The notes: a model not told the origin generated them from the sequence alone. DNA of 61,604 nt from an uncultured archaeon (GCA_964508365.1 CAZDTP010000020.1:1-61604); one strand, 5' to 3'. Shown: positions 20,039 to 30,509, counted from the stretch's first letter. Made by a program: numbers and translations.

Positions 20039-21103
20039 TTATTCAATTTTAAAATCCTCTGGACTGACAGGATTGAGTTTTTTATTCAATTCTTTTAACA
20101 ATCTTTTCTGACCAAAATAAAAAAATAGAAAAAAGATACCAAAATACACAGTAATGATTATTAGCGTAAGAAAATAGTATTCTCTTGTGAGCGAAATAAA
20201 ATGGAGAGCGATACCAATAAAAAAACCAGTAAACAATCGAGTTTCCGTTGTACTTATCCTAAGTAATAGTTTTTGGGTTCCCCAATCAATTAATCCAGGT
20301 ATTGGGAATATAATTATAACTATAAACGCTAATTCGGAGCTAAATTGAGGGTTCACGATTATTTGAAATAGATGAGTGAAAAAGACTGAAAGTATTATTC
20401 CAATCACCATTCCTGAGCACCTCGAGCATAAATAGATTTTTGTCCTTCCAAATTGAAAGAAAAATGTGTGATCAATTGCAGAAATAGGATGGTGGGTTAA
20501 CAACATGTAATATAAGTGTTGTTCTTTAGATGCGAAAATCTTATCAAAGATGATTAATAGAATTGGAACCGATATAATAACAGATATAAAAGTTTGAAAG
20601 AAAAATTTAAGCCCAAAGTTAAAAAACAATACTGAAAGTGGTAGTGAACTGTAATGAAATAACATAGTAGCCGTTACTACTAAAATAATCGCAAATAATG
20701 AATTGATAAATAAAATTACTATAGAAACGAAGATATTTTTAATGTTTTGATATTTTAATGGTTTATATTTGTAGATTCCAGCAAGAGATCCATATATCGC
20801 TATGATAAAACACCAATCGATGTATATTATATTATAGAATGCGATTTGATAGACGAGTTCCCCGAGGAATCCCGCAAAAAACGCTGGAAATGGCCCTGAT
20901 AATACCGAAAAGAATGTAAGAATCAGTAGAGATACGCTAAAAACAATCGAAAAACTGTCAGTTCCTATATAAGGTGAAGAAATTGAACCAAATGATTCTG
21001 AAATATATATGTAACTCATAAATATAAAGAAGACAGTGATGATTTTCACAAATATCGTTCTTATGAAACTATTTGGTTTGTTTTCGTTAGATTCAATGCT
21101 CAT
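20039..21103 (-). CDS. Membrane protein: ECF S-component-like N-terminal domain fused to a DUF2085-like domain
   Basis: The N-terminal half has GP..AFFAGFLGELV. The C-terminal half has HH...HTF...LCSRCSG, P..IDW.TQ and RLFTG. Confidence 0.65.
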   Translation of the reverse strand: MSIESNENKPNSFIRTIFVKIITVFFIFMSYIYISESFGSISSPYIGTDSFSIVFSVSLLILTFFSVLSGPFPAFFAGFLGELVYQIAFYNIIYIDWCFIIAIYGSLAGIYKYKPLKYQNIKNIFVSIVILFINSLFAIILVVTATMLFHYSSLPLSVLFFNFGLKFFFQTFISVIISVPILLIIFDKIFASKEQHLYYMLLTHHPISAIDHTFFFQFGRTKIYLCSRCSGMVIGIILSVFFTHLFQIIVNPQFSSELAFIVIIIFPIPGLIDWGTQKLLLRISTTETRLFTGFFIGIALHFISLTREYYFLTLIIITVYFGIFFLFFYFGQKRLLKELNKKLNPVSPEDFKIE

Positions 21104-21155
21104 GCTTATCGCATTTAAAAATTAATGAAAATAGATAAAATTATCTTTCATAATT

Positions 21156-21815
21156 TTAATAAAAAATTAAATCTAGCTCTTCAATTAATTTTTGTTTAGT
21201 AAGCTCGAACCCTTTTCGAAGTACTGTTACAATAATATTTTTTCCCGTTGGTACATTAAGGATGCTATCATCTTGTTCAACTATTATAATTCCATCGTCG
21301 TTATAATCTAATTGGCGCTTAAGAGCCTTGTATGCTTTTTCTTTCGTTTTAAATGCTACTCTGGATAAATCATCGTAATTTTTAACATCATCTTTAATGT
21401 TCAAAAATAAAACACATTCCTCAACTTGAGATATGAAGGATTTTTTCGTAAGTTCCATTAATGTATTGTAATCCTTATGATTTTTTTTACACTGTTTAGT
21501 AGTTTGGTCATTCTCTAAATAACTTGGAAAATTTCTTTCAATAACCTCATTAAATTTTTCTTGAGAAATATCACCATTCTGTACTAGAGTCTTTGCTGAA
21601 TCCAACGCGATCTTTATTTGGTTTAATGTTCCAACGCGAGCGTTGTTATCACTCCAAAGCTTATAAAAGGCTTTTACTATAGGTTTAACTACAAAATTGA
21701 ACGCTCCGGCATCTAACTCCGTTTCAATTAACTCTCTGCCATAACCTAACGATAAATCAACTTGTGAAATCATCTTTTCCTCAACAATTTTATAATTTCT
21801 TTCCAAGTAATTCAT
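21156..21815 (-). CDS. Hypothetical protein, tandem paralog 2
   Basis: 219 aa, alignable over its full length with the upstream paralog. Confidence 0.8.
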   Translation of the reverse strand: MNYLERNYKIVEEKMISQVDLSLGYGRELIETELDAGAFNFVVKPIVKAFYKLWSDNNARVGTLNQIKIALDSAKTLVQNGDISQEKFNEVIERNFPSYLENDQTTKQCKKNHKDYNTLMELTKKSFISQVEECVLFLNIKDDVKNYDDLSRVAFKTKEKAYKALKRQLDYNDDGIIIVEQDDSILNVPTGKNIIVTVLRKGFELTKQKLIEELDLIFY

Positions 21816-21899
21816 TACATATCTCCTTTCGGTTATTTCTTTAACCTCATATAGTGTTAAATGTTCTTAATTAATATTTTTAAAATAATGATTTGATTC

Positions 21900-22559
21900 T
21901 TAATATCCATAGGTTTCATCGATGGCTTTTAAAAAATCTTTTTTAGTCTCTTCGAAACCCTTTCTTAAAGCTTTAATAATGATCCTTTTACCTGCAGGTA
22001 ATGATAGTATAGAAGGGTCGCCTTCTATGATGCTGATACTTCTCTCTGTGAATTCTAACTGTTTCATTAAATTCTTAGTTGCTAGTTCTTTTGACTTAAA
22101 CGCAAACTTGGCGAGATCACCATAATTAATAACATACTCTTCAACACCAAGCAAAGCTTTAACTTCTCTAAGATAATTGATAAAAGTCTCTTTCGTATTT
22201 TTTTTTAATTTTTCATAATTTCTATGATTCTTACTACACTGATATGTTACCTGATCGTCTTTAAGGTACCTCGGAAGATATTCTTCTACAATACGATTGA
22301 AAGACTCTTCTGAATTTCCATTAAGTAGTAATTGTTTACCAGCATCCAAAGTTATATCAATCTGCTTTAAAGTTCCCTTCTTCGCGTCATGTTGAGCCCA
22401 ATAATCATAGAAAGCTTTAACAACAGGTCTAACTATAAAATTCAAAATTCCGGTATCTAATTCCGTATCAATTAGTGTTCGCCCTAATTTAAGCGATTGT
22501 TCCATTTGCTGAGTCATTCTTTCTTTTATGATTCTATAATTTCTTTCTAAATATTCCAG
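21900..22559 (-). CDS. Hypothetical protein, tandem paralog 1 (probable CTG start)
   Basis: The frame extends 14 codons upstream of ATG 22517 to CTG-EYLERNYRIIKER, which aligns with MNYLERNYKIVEEK of the paralog. Confidence 0.8.
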   Translation of the reverse strand: MEYLERNYRIIKERMTQQMEQSLKLGRTLIDTELDTGILNFIVRPVVKAFYDYWAQHDAKKGTLKQIDITLDAGKQLLLNGNSEESFNRIVEEYLPRYLKDDQVTYQCSKNHRNYEKLKKNTKETFINYLREVKALLGVEEYVINYGDLAKFAFKSKELATKNLMKQLEFTERSISIIEGDPSILSLPAGKRIIIKALRKGFEETKKDFLKAIDETYGY

Positions 22560-22768
22560 TGAAAATCCCCAGCAAATTTAATTGATGTTAGTTTCGTAAA
22601 TTAAAATAGTTCTTGAACTATTAAAATAAAATATTGAAAATTTTTTAACTTTTGGGATAATTTTACTCGTTTTGCGTCTGAGACGAAAAAAGTAAGTATA
22701 TAATATGGAAAAATGTTTTATAATTATATTAGGTTTAAATACTAAATTAACTTCATGAAATAGATCCT

Positions 22769-25700
22769 ATGCGTTTCATCTTTAAAATTCTAATATTGGG
22801 TTTAGATGGGGAAGCAATTGCCCTTTATACTATAAGAGCCTTCGGAGAAGCGGGCGAAAATAAAGGACCATATTTAGAGCTATATAAAGAAGTAAAAGTA
22901 TTAGAGGATACTTGCGATTTAGAAGTTAACGCTATAATTGATGTTGAGAATACTGATCTTGACGAATTGATAAATACTGTTGATGGTATTATCTATTTCA
23001 TAAATCCTTTGAAAAACGAAGAGAAAGAAGTGTTTAATTCTATTTTACACGACATTAGAAAAGTTTCTCGAAACATACCTATAATTATAATGTACTATGA
23101 TCAAGAAGGAATTTTTCCTCTATCAGTAAATGATTTGCTAGAAAACACTTGGCTTAAATACTTTGATATTGAAGCTTTCGTTAATGTTCATCCGAGAGAG
23201 TTTCACCATGTTTTGCATTGTTTATGCATCGCAATGACTTCAGGAGACCCCCCACTTTCATTAGAGAATGCTTGGATGAGGTTTCCCATTTATATTCAAC
23301 TAGCCAACATATATTTTAAAAAAGCTGAAAAAGAATCTAAATCCGAATATTATTTCTATTCTGCTCAAGCTATTAAGAAAGCTGCGATGATTGCTGATAT
23401 TTTTAACAAAGTAGAATATTATATTATTTGCGAACAAGCAGCCTTTCTGTTCTCAAAAGTAAATTTATATTTGGAAGCCGCTAAAATACTTCAAAATGTA
23501 GATACAAAAAAATCAGAGAATTTCAAGAGATTATATGCTGAATCTATGATTCGAGAAGGTAATAAATTATTTAATAAGCATAAATTTGACGAAGCTGCGA
23601 GACAATACGAAGCTGCAGCTCAATGGGCCGCGTTAGAATATGAGGACGAAGAACTTAAAAATGAAGCTTTTAAACTTGCTATAAATTCTTGGATATCTGG
23701 TTGTAAAGTGGAAAATGCTTTTAAAATAATTAAAAATTTGCCACATGAATTAACTCTTGAAATTTTGCAAGATTTTCTAATAAAAATAATCGCGATGGTT
23801 GATTTCTTGACAAGCGAACAGAATTTTTTAGCAGCGCGAGACCAATTGTATATAGCTGTAGTTGAATATCAAAAAAGGAGCTTGTCTGAGGAGTTACAAG
23901 GATTAGTAATCAAATTAATCGAAGTATTAAGAATGCTTTTAGCTAAACAAATTAAAGAGGAAGATAGATTTAGCACCTACGAAAACTATTATGAAATTAA
24001 AAGTATTTATGAAAAATATGATTTAGAATTACCAAATCAGGATCATCAATTGAAAGTTTTAATTGATTTATTTATTAACAATCTAGAATTTGGAGATGCT
24101 GCACTATTACTAAACGAAATTAATTCATTGAAGTTAAAAAAGGAATTAACTGCGCGTATTTCCAAGGTAGAAGATGAAAACAAGGAACTATTGAAAAAAC
24201 AGAAAGAGGACAATCTAAGGAAAAATAGATGGATTCTAAATAGTTACATTGAACAGGAGTTACAAATTATAGCTGAAAGTAATATGGAAACTATTAAAGA
24301 AACCAATATGTTAATTGAGAAAGGAGAATATCTCAAAGCAGCTAATTTGGTTAAATCTCAAGCGAATTTTTGGAGTTCTATTGGTAGAGAAGAAATTCAA
24401 GACCAAATGCTAAAAAAAGTTCTTGACATTCTATTAATTGGCAAAAATTTCGACAGATTTACAAATGTCTATTATGAGCTAACAAATAGAACGAAAAAAA
24501 TATATTTGAGAAATAAACTAACCCTCATTAAAGATAAATTAAAAGATGTTGCGAAAGAGCGCGATTTTGAAATGGTATTCAATACTTTCATACTCATTTT
24601 TTCAATATATAGAGAACAATTACTATTCGATCAATCTAAAGAAATTGCCGAACTCTTTGTTAATTTTATCCAAGCTGAAGCGTTTAGAATTGTAAAAGAA
24701 AATGAAGACAAAAACGCATTTAAAAAAGCTTTAGATTTGATTACAAAAGCTAACGAGTTTTCAAAAGCATATTTAGATAACCGAGAAATAAACTTTGACG
24801 AAACATATGAAGTAATCGTCAAAATTTACAAAAAATTAGGTGATTTTTCTTCTGCTCATGCTATTAATGATAAAATTTTAGATAAACCGCTTAAGGCAAA
24901 AGGAAATAAAGACATCGAGAAGGCGCAATCAGAAATAAGTGCTAATGTAGCTAAGAGGGCTATAGAAGCCTACGATGAAAGCGTGTTAAAAGAAAGAGAG
25001 TCGGACATTAAAAGTAGAGCAAGGGAAGCACAACAAGAAAAACAGACAGAATTTAAACAGAGGAATGGATTTAAACGAACGCTCTATAATAAAGGACTGA
25101 ACTTTTTAAGAAATCAAGATTATGGAAGCGCATTGATAGAGTATAATACGCATATCCCTTTTTTAATAGGTAGAAAAAGGCTTAACTTAGTTGGAATTTC
25201 TTTAGCAGTTAATTTATTAATTCTTTATAGGTTAAAAAAGATTGGAGATTTAGAGAAATCATTAAACGACATAAAAATTAGTTTAGGTAGTTTAGAAGTA
25301 TCCTTTTCAGAAACTTATCCAGTTACATTAATTGAATATATCATCGAAATCGAAAAGTTGGGAGATGTTATTAAATTTAAAGAAGCGCTACAATATATTG
25401 AACATTTAGCACTATTTGATGAGGAATTGGACCTACTCTATGTATTATTGGATAAATCAAGAAAAACAGCTGATACTGAAGATACTGAAAATTTGATCGT
25501 TGAAAAGGAGAAAAAATTAAAAATAATTCAAGAATTAGAGAAGCAGATTTCCAAAGATAAGAAAAACATTGCTAAAAGGAAATTAATGAAAGCCCAATAT
25601 TGGAAGATATCTTACGAAGACTTATGTAATGGGAAATTAGAAGTAGCTGGTAAAGAATATTACGACACAATTTCAAAATTATTAGAAAAACAATTTTTCA

Positions 25701-26536
25701 AACAGGCTGCAATAAGTCTCATAATTACAACTATTATTATGGTAAAAAACAAAAATATTTTCTTAGCTAAATCGAATTTAAATGAAATATTAACAAGATA
25801 TTCAAAATACAAAAAAGATTTTGGAAACTTACCTGAGATTCAAATCTTAAATGAACTTCTTTTTGCGTTGGAAAACAAAGATGACGAGCAAATGGATTTA
25901 TGTCTTAATATTTTAATAGATAAAATAGTACTCTTTGATTGTGAAATTGATTTATTAAAAGGTCTTGTCCCCAAGGAAGAAAAGCGTGAAATAGAAGATT
26001 TAATATTGTCAAGAGAAGATCTAGCGAAACAAAAACAGTTCAACATACAATTGGACCAAATGTTTGGCATAATACAAAAAAAAATGCCCGATAGTCGGCG
26101 AGAAAAACAAGAACATCTTAAAAAGAGAACTTTCATGAAAAACAGAATCTATACTGATGTAATAACACTTCTTGAGAAAAATTCCTTCAAAGAAGCTGGA
26201 ATGGAATATCTTAAATTAGCACATGTATTATCAAAAAGGAATAACTTTGAAACTAGCTCCTTGATGGTACTTTTGCAGGGTCTAGCGTTACTTATAGCTA
26301 AGGAACCTTTAAACGAGATTAAGATTAATATTAAGAGCTATCTTTCTTCGTTGGGTCTTAATAAAAAGCTTTTGGAAGAAACTTACCCAATTCGTTGTAT
26401 TGAATTTCTACTTAATGTGATATCTCATAATGTGGAAAAATATTTACCAATTATTAAGGAAATATTAGACATTTTGCCGCTTTTTGAAGAGGAAAAAAAA
26501 TTAATTGATAATTTGTTGAAAGAGGAAAGAAATTAA
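22769..26536 (+). CDS. Large protein: degenerate small-GTPase-like N-terminal domain plus a TPR/SNAP-like alpha-solenoid
   Basis: FKILILG...DGIIYFIN...IPIIIMYYD resembles the GTPase fold but has no GKS/T. About 1,080 aa of helical repeats follow. Confidence 0.7.
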   Translation: MRFIFKILILGLDGEAIALYTIRAFGEAGENKGPYLELYKEVKVLEDTCDLEVNAIIDVENTDLDELINTVDGIIYFINPLKNEEKEVFNSILHDIRKVSRNIPIIIMYYDQEGIFPLSVNDLLENTWLKYFDIEAFVNVHPREFHHVLHCLCIAMTSGDPPLSLENAWMRFPIYIQLANIYFKKAEKESKSEYYFYSAQAIKKAAMIADIFNKVEYYIICEQAAFLFSKVNLYLEAAKILQNVDTKKSENFKRLYAESMIREGNKLFNKHKFDEAARQYEAAAQWAALEYEDEELKNEAFKLAINSWISGCKVENAFKIIKNLPHELTLEILQDFLIKIIAMVDFLTSEQNFLAARDQLYIAVVEYQKRSLSEELQGLVIKLIEVLRMLLAKQIKEEDRFSTYENYYEIKSIYEKYDLELPNQDHQLKVLIDLFINNLEFGDAALLLNEINSLKLKKELTARISKVEDENKELLKKQKEDNLRKNRWILNSYIEQELQIIAESNMETIKETNMLIEKGEYLKAANLVKSQANFWSSIGREEIQDQMLKKVLDILLIGKNFDRFTNVYYELTNRTKKIYLRNKLTLIKDKLKDVAKERDFEMVFNTFILIFSIYREQLLFDQSKEIAELFVNFIQAEAFRIVKENEDKNAFKKALDLITKANEFSKAYLDNREINFDETYEVIVKIYKKLGDFSSAHAINDKILDKPLKAKGNKDIEKAQSEISANVAKRAIEAYDESVLKERESDIKSRAREAQQEKQTEFKQRNGFKRTLYNKGLNFLRNQDYGSALIEYNTHIPFLIGRKRLNLVGISLAVNLLILYRLKKIGDLEKSLNDIKISLGSLEVSFSETYPVTLIEYIIEIEKLGDVIKFKEALQYIEHLALFDEELDLLYVLLDKSRKTADTEDTENLIVEKEKKLKIIQELEKQISKDKKNIAKRKLMKAQYWKISYEDLCNGKLEVAGKEYYDTISKLLEKQFFKQAAISLIITTIIMVKNKNIFLAKSNLNEILTRYSKYKKDFGNLPEIQILNELLFALENKDDEQMDLCLNILIDKIVLFDCEIDLLKGLVPKEEKREIEDLILSREDLAKQKQFNIQLDQMFGIIQKKMPDSRREKQEHLKKRTFMKNRIYTDVITLLEKNSFKEAGMEYLKLAHVLSKRNNFETSSLMVLLQGLALLIAKEPLNEIKINIKSYLSSLGLNKKLLEETYPIRCIEFLLNVISHNVEKYLPIIKEILDILPLFEEEKKLIDNLLKEERN

Positions 26537-26540
26537 ATCT

Positions 26541-27455
26541 TTATAGCACATTTGCGTATTTCATAAGGTCTTTGACTCGCATTCGCAAAGTGACTTCTGT
26601 AACTCTCGCTAACTGACTTATCTCTTTCTGAGTGCGGTTTTCGCTACAGATTTTAGAACCAATATAAATCGCGGCAGCTGCAATTCCTTTAGGATCTTTA
26701 CCCGCAGAGTTAAATCCGCTTTTATTTGCATTCTCTATTATTTTGACGGCAGTATTACGACATTGCATAGATAATTTCAACTCGTCGTTAAACTTATCTA
26801 CATAACGAGATGGTCCGAAATGCTGAACCTTCAAATTTAAATTAGGTAAAACTTCCATTAGAATTAAGCGATAACTTTTAATGACTTTTTTTTTCGGGAT
26901 TTGTGCGATTTTTGTAATTTCCTCTACAGTTCTTGGAATTCCATGGACACGTAAAGCACAAAATATTGATGCAGCGAGTAGAGTGTCAATGCTTCTTCCC
27001 ATGGTGAGCTTCTTTTTTACAGTTTGAGTATAAATTCGAAGCGCGTCTTCAGCTACAGTGTCTGGGATACTAAGTCTTTTTTGTAAGCGTTGCAAATTAG
27101 GTAAAGCAATCCATAAATTCCTTTCATAACTTGTTGTTAAGGATCTATGGATTTTTGCAAGTCTATTGAATTTTGATTTGTATTTCGGGCTTAATAGAGT
27201 TCCACGAGCATCTCTGCTACCTCGAATTATTGTTCTTGGACCGATTGGGCTGTAAACTCTTTCATTACTTTTTCTTTTTTGGATTTCTTCTTGTGTGAAC
27301 GCTCTGCGAGGAGAATCATCAAGAATTCTACCATACACTGAACCACAATTCAAACAAACATAGAATCCATCTTCCTCACTAACTTTGGGGGAATCACAAC
27401 AAGACTCTTCTTCCTTCTCATCGAAAAATCCATTATCCTCAAAGCTTGACGGCAT
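26541..27455 (-). CDS. tfb: Transcription initiation factor IIB (TFB) family protein
   Basis: N-terminal zinc ribbon (CCD...CLNCG) and two cyclin folds: KKKLTMGRSI..AASIFCALR and AGKDPKGIAAAAIY...TQKEI...VTEVTLR. Confidence 0.92.
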   Translation of the reverse strand: MPSSFEDNGFFDEKEEESCCDSPKVSEEDGFYVCLNCGSVYGRILDDSPRRAFTQEEIQKRKSNERVYSPIGPRTIIRGSRDARGTLLSPKYKSKFNRLAKIHRSLTTSYERNLWIALPNLQRLQKRLSIPDTVAEDALRIYTQTVKKKLTMGRSIDTLLAASIFCALRVHGIPRTVEEITKIAQIPKKKVIKSYRLILMEVLPNLNLKVQHFGPSRYVDKFNDELKLSMQCRNTAVKIIENANKSGFNSAGKDPKGIAAAAIYIGSKICSENRTQKEISQLARVTEVTLRMRVKDLMKYANVL

Positions 27456-27675
27456 ACCAACTAGCTAATTTAAATACAAATATTGGGATTATTCAGTTTC
27501 AGTATAGTATTTAAAAGAAACCACATATTTAAATCTTAATCTAATTAGTTTAATAGCGGTAGTGAAGATTTAAATCTTAATCTATTTAACTATTAACTTA
27601 AAAGATTAGTAAAATTAATTATTTTATTAAACACTCTCTAAATAATAACAACTAACTAGGACAGAAAGAAATAAA

Positions 27676-28926
27676 ATGTCAGTTGATATCTCTAAAATTA
27701 TTAACGTATTTTCGAAATTTTTAGATCCAAAATTAGCTAAAGAGGGCAAGTTAAAGAATATTGAAGAAATAAAGAATCTTCCATTGAACTCATTCAAATT
27801 TATATCAAAAGAAGATGCAAAATTATTAAAAGAAGTTCTAGATGTATCTACAGTTGAAGAAACTTCTAAATTAGATCGGGAGAACCCTTTTGTTAAGTTA
27901 AAGAAAATAAAAACTAGCAAGGATTCTAGTAAAGATGTTGAACTACAAAAAGAAATTGAGGACAAAGCTGCTCTCATACAGACAGAAAATTCTGAACTTG
28001 TAAAAGCATTGAACAAAGCGATCATACTTAGCTCCATAATGACAAATTTAACCGATGAAGATGTTCTCGTAAGGAAATCTGCGCAAAAAGTAATCGTTAT
28101 TGGATTAGATAACGCTGGAAAAACTGCAATATTAAATAAATTCGGAGGAAGTTTAGGGATTACCGATTTGGCAAACTTAAAACCGACTAAAGGAGTGGAT
28201 CGTCGCTATATCGAGACAAAAAACTCAAGCTTAGATTTATATATTTGGGATTTTGGTGGTCAAGCTCAATATAGGAGTAAATATTTAAAAAATCCTGAAC
28301 AATACTTTTTACAAGTTGATTTATTAATATATGTCATTGATTTACAAGATTCTGAGAGGTTTCCAGAGTCTTTTGAATACTTCGAGCAAATCTTAAAAAC
28401 ACTCACGACTTTAGAAGAAGAGCCATTTGTATTAATATACATACATAAATTTGACCCAGATTTAAAGCATGACCCTGAAACACTTCTTAACATCGAACTT
28501 CTGAAAGATAATTTAAACCAATTATTAACTTCTTTTGGATATGACTACGAAGCTTATCTAACTTCAATCTACTCTTTAATTACTAACGAACCCGAGTTTT
28601 CTAAATATATTAAAGATGTTATGAAATCAACCGACTCCTTAACTAACCCCACTTTAAGAAAGGTAGAGGGATTAGGAAAAACTTTAGAAGAAACTATGAA
28701 TGCTGTTATCAGACTTTCTGAAAGTATCTCAAAGCAATTAATCGAGTTAGATAATAGATTGAGAGCCATCGAAAGTGGTGCATTTCAATTGGCTCAGAGT
28801 GGTATTCCCATAGGATTATCATCACCTAACCAAGCTTCAGTTCCCGGTAGGCCTGGAGATACAAGGTTAAAAGTTCTTGACGAACTAAAGCAGTTGTTCG
28901 AGAAAAAAAAAAAATTAAACCTATAA
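27676..28926 (+). CDS. Arf-like small GTPase with N- and C-terminal extensions
   Basis: Motifs GLDNAGKT, PTKG, WDFGGQ, YVID and HKFD; C-terminal coiled coil. Confidence 0.88.
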   Translation: MSVDISKIINVFSKFLDPKLAKEGKLKNIEEIKNLPLNSFKFISKEDAKLLKEVLDVSTVEETSKLDRENPFVKLKKIKTSKDSSKDVELQKEIEDKAALIQTENSELVKALNKAIILSSIMTNLTDEDVLVRKSAQKVIVIGLDNAGKTAILNKFGGSLGITDLANLKPTKGVDRRYIETKNSSLDLYIWDFGGQAQYRSKYLKNPEQYFLQVDLLIYVIDLQDSERFPESFEYFEQILKTLTTLEEEPFVLIYIHKFDPDLKHDPETLLNIELLKDNLNQLLTSFGYDYEAYLTSIYSLITNEPEFSKYIKDVMKSTDSLTNPTLRKVEGLGKTLEETMNAVIRLSESISKQLIELDNRLRAIESGAFQLAQSGIPIGLSSPNQASVPGRPGDTRLKVLDELKQLFEKKKKLNL

Positions 28927-28980
28927 CTTTTTTTTAACAAACTTGCAAAAAATGCTCGATATGTGACCCTTATTTAAAAT

Positions 28981-29700
28981 CTAAACCCTTTTTGATTTAT
29001 TATAATGTTCTACAATCCATTTGTAATTAGCTAAGCAAATGATTATACTTAACAACCCTATAACTAACATTATATAAAATATATTTTCAAGAAGTAAGGG
29101 ATTAATTACTTGTTTGTAAATATTCCCTACATTAAATTGTTCAAAAAAAATCAGTATACTATTTAAAAGAGGAGCTAAAACGATTCTTGCTATTAAAAAA
29201 CCGAGAATCCCTATGAAAGCACCACAAATTACATCAGTAGTGTAATGAACTCCTAATTGAATTCTAGAAAAAGATACAAATATCACAATAATAGCAACAA
29301 TAATTACCATTATCGGTGAATTTAACAATAAAGCAAATAGAAGCCCCTGAGACGCCACATTATATGAATGCCACGATGGAAAACTTCTAGAGGTCGGTTC
29401 TCTCTCGAGTACTTCAATATTTTTTAATGCTTCAAAAGGTCTATCTCTATCTATAAATTTTTTTATAGGGGCAATTATCAATACGCCGATTAAAAAAACA
29501 GTTGAAATGCTTGAAAACAAAAAGGAGTCGTAAAAGATGAATAAGTAAAAAACCATTAACAACAACCATAAAGTCTCTCTTCCTAGAAACGATATAATCT
29601 TTAAAAGAGTAGTTAATGGTACTCCACCAAATCCATTATATTTTAAAATAACCCTTTTGTCCCAGGCATCTATATTTTTTAATAATAGCTTAGCTTCCAT
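28981..29700 (-). CDS. PAP2-family membrane phosphatase
   Basis: Motifs K..IDRDRP, SFPSWHS and SRIQLGVHYTTDV. Confidence 0.9.
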   Translation of the reverse strand: MEAKLLLKNIDAWDKRVILKYNGFGGVPLTTLLKIISFLGRETLWLLLMVFYLFIFYDSFLFSSISTVFLIGVLIIAPIKKFIDRDRPFEALKNIEVLEREPTSRSFPSWHSYNVASQGLLFALLLNSPIMVIIVAIIVIFVSFSRIQLGVHYTTDVICGAFIGILGFLIARIVLAPLLNSILIFFEQFNVGNIYKQVINPLLLENIFYIMLVIGLLSIIICLANYKWIVEHYNKSKRV

Positions 29701-29714
29701 GTTTCCTATACCTT

Positions 29715-30509
29715 CTAATCTATTATACCTAAAAATTCATAAGCGTTTTTTACTCTAGAAATGCTTTCTTGAAAATTTTCAACAGAATGAGAATCTGATC
29801 CAACGAAAAATTTAGCTCTTTCTGATTTTAACTTCTTAGCAATTTCCTTAGAAGGAAACGGCCGACTAATAGGAAAACGTAAACCTGATAGGTTATATTC
29901 AATACTAATTTTGTTTTTAATACATAACCGTCCCAGGTTAAGAACTCGTTCATCTGAAATATCGCAATCCTCTAATGGTTTGATATCATGCTCGTTTATA
30001 TATCGATAAATTGTATCTATGTGACATATGTTCTTAAAGATTTTTGATTCTATCATCATTTTACTGATGTCAAAGTAATCGTCTATGACTTCTTTCATTT
30101 GAACTTTCTCTAATAATTGAAGTAATTTAGGTCGTGAAGTTATAGGGTAGTTGTATATCCATTCATGCAGAGTACCTCCAATAAAATCGAGTTCTTTTTC
30201 ATAGTCATCCATAAATTCTAATAATTCGATTTCTCTATCACGATAATACTCTAGCTCGAGACCGCTAAGGATAAACTTATATATTCCTTTCAAATCGTCA
30301 AATTCTTCAAGGTAATCATCTATTTTGCCATTATAGAAAGGATCTGATTTGTCTCTTTCAATATTATAAAGCTCGTAATGCTCGAGAAAACATATGTTGA
30401 TTTCCTCTGCTTCTGCAATTTTGATGTAATCGTTAAAGTTTGGACCATCTTCTGATATGTCTGAGCTCCAATTAGTATGGATGTGATAATCAGTATATTT
30501 AAATTTCAT
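29715..30509 (-). CDS. PHP-domain phosphatase (HisJ-like histidinol-phosphatase family)
   Basis: Motifs DYHIHT, EH, GLELEY, CHID and GSDSH. Confidence 0.88.
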   Translation of the reverse strand: MKFKYTDYHIHTNWSSDISEDGPNFNDYIKIAEAEEINICFLEHYELYNIERDKSDPFYNGKIDDYLEEFDDLKGIYKFILSGLELEYYRDREIELLEFMDDYEKELDFIGGTLHEWIYNYPITSRPKLLQLLEKVQMKEVIDDYFDISKMMIESKIFKNICHIDTIYRYINEHDIKPLEDCDISDERVLNLGRLCIKNKISIEYNLSGLRFPISRPFPSKEIAKKLKSERAKFFVGSDSHSVENFQESISRVKNAYEFLGIID

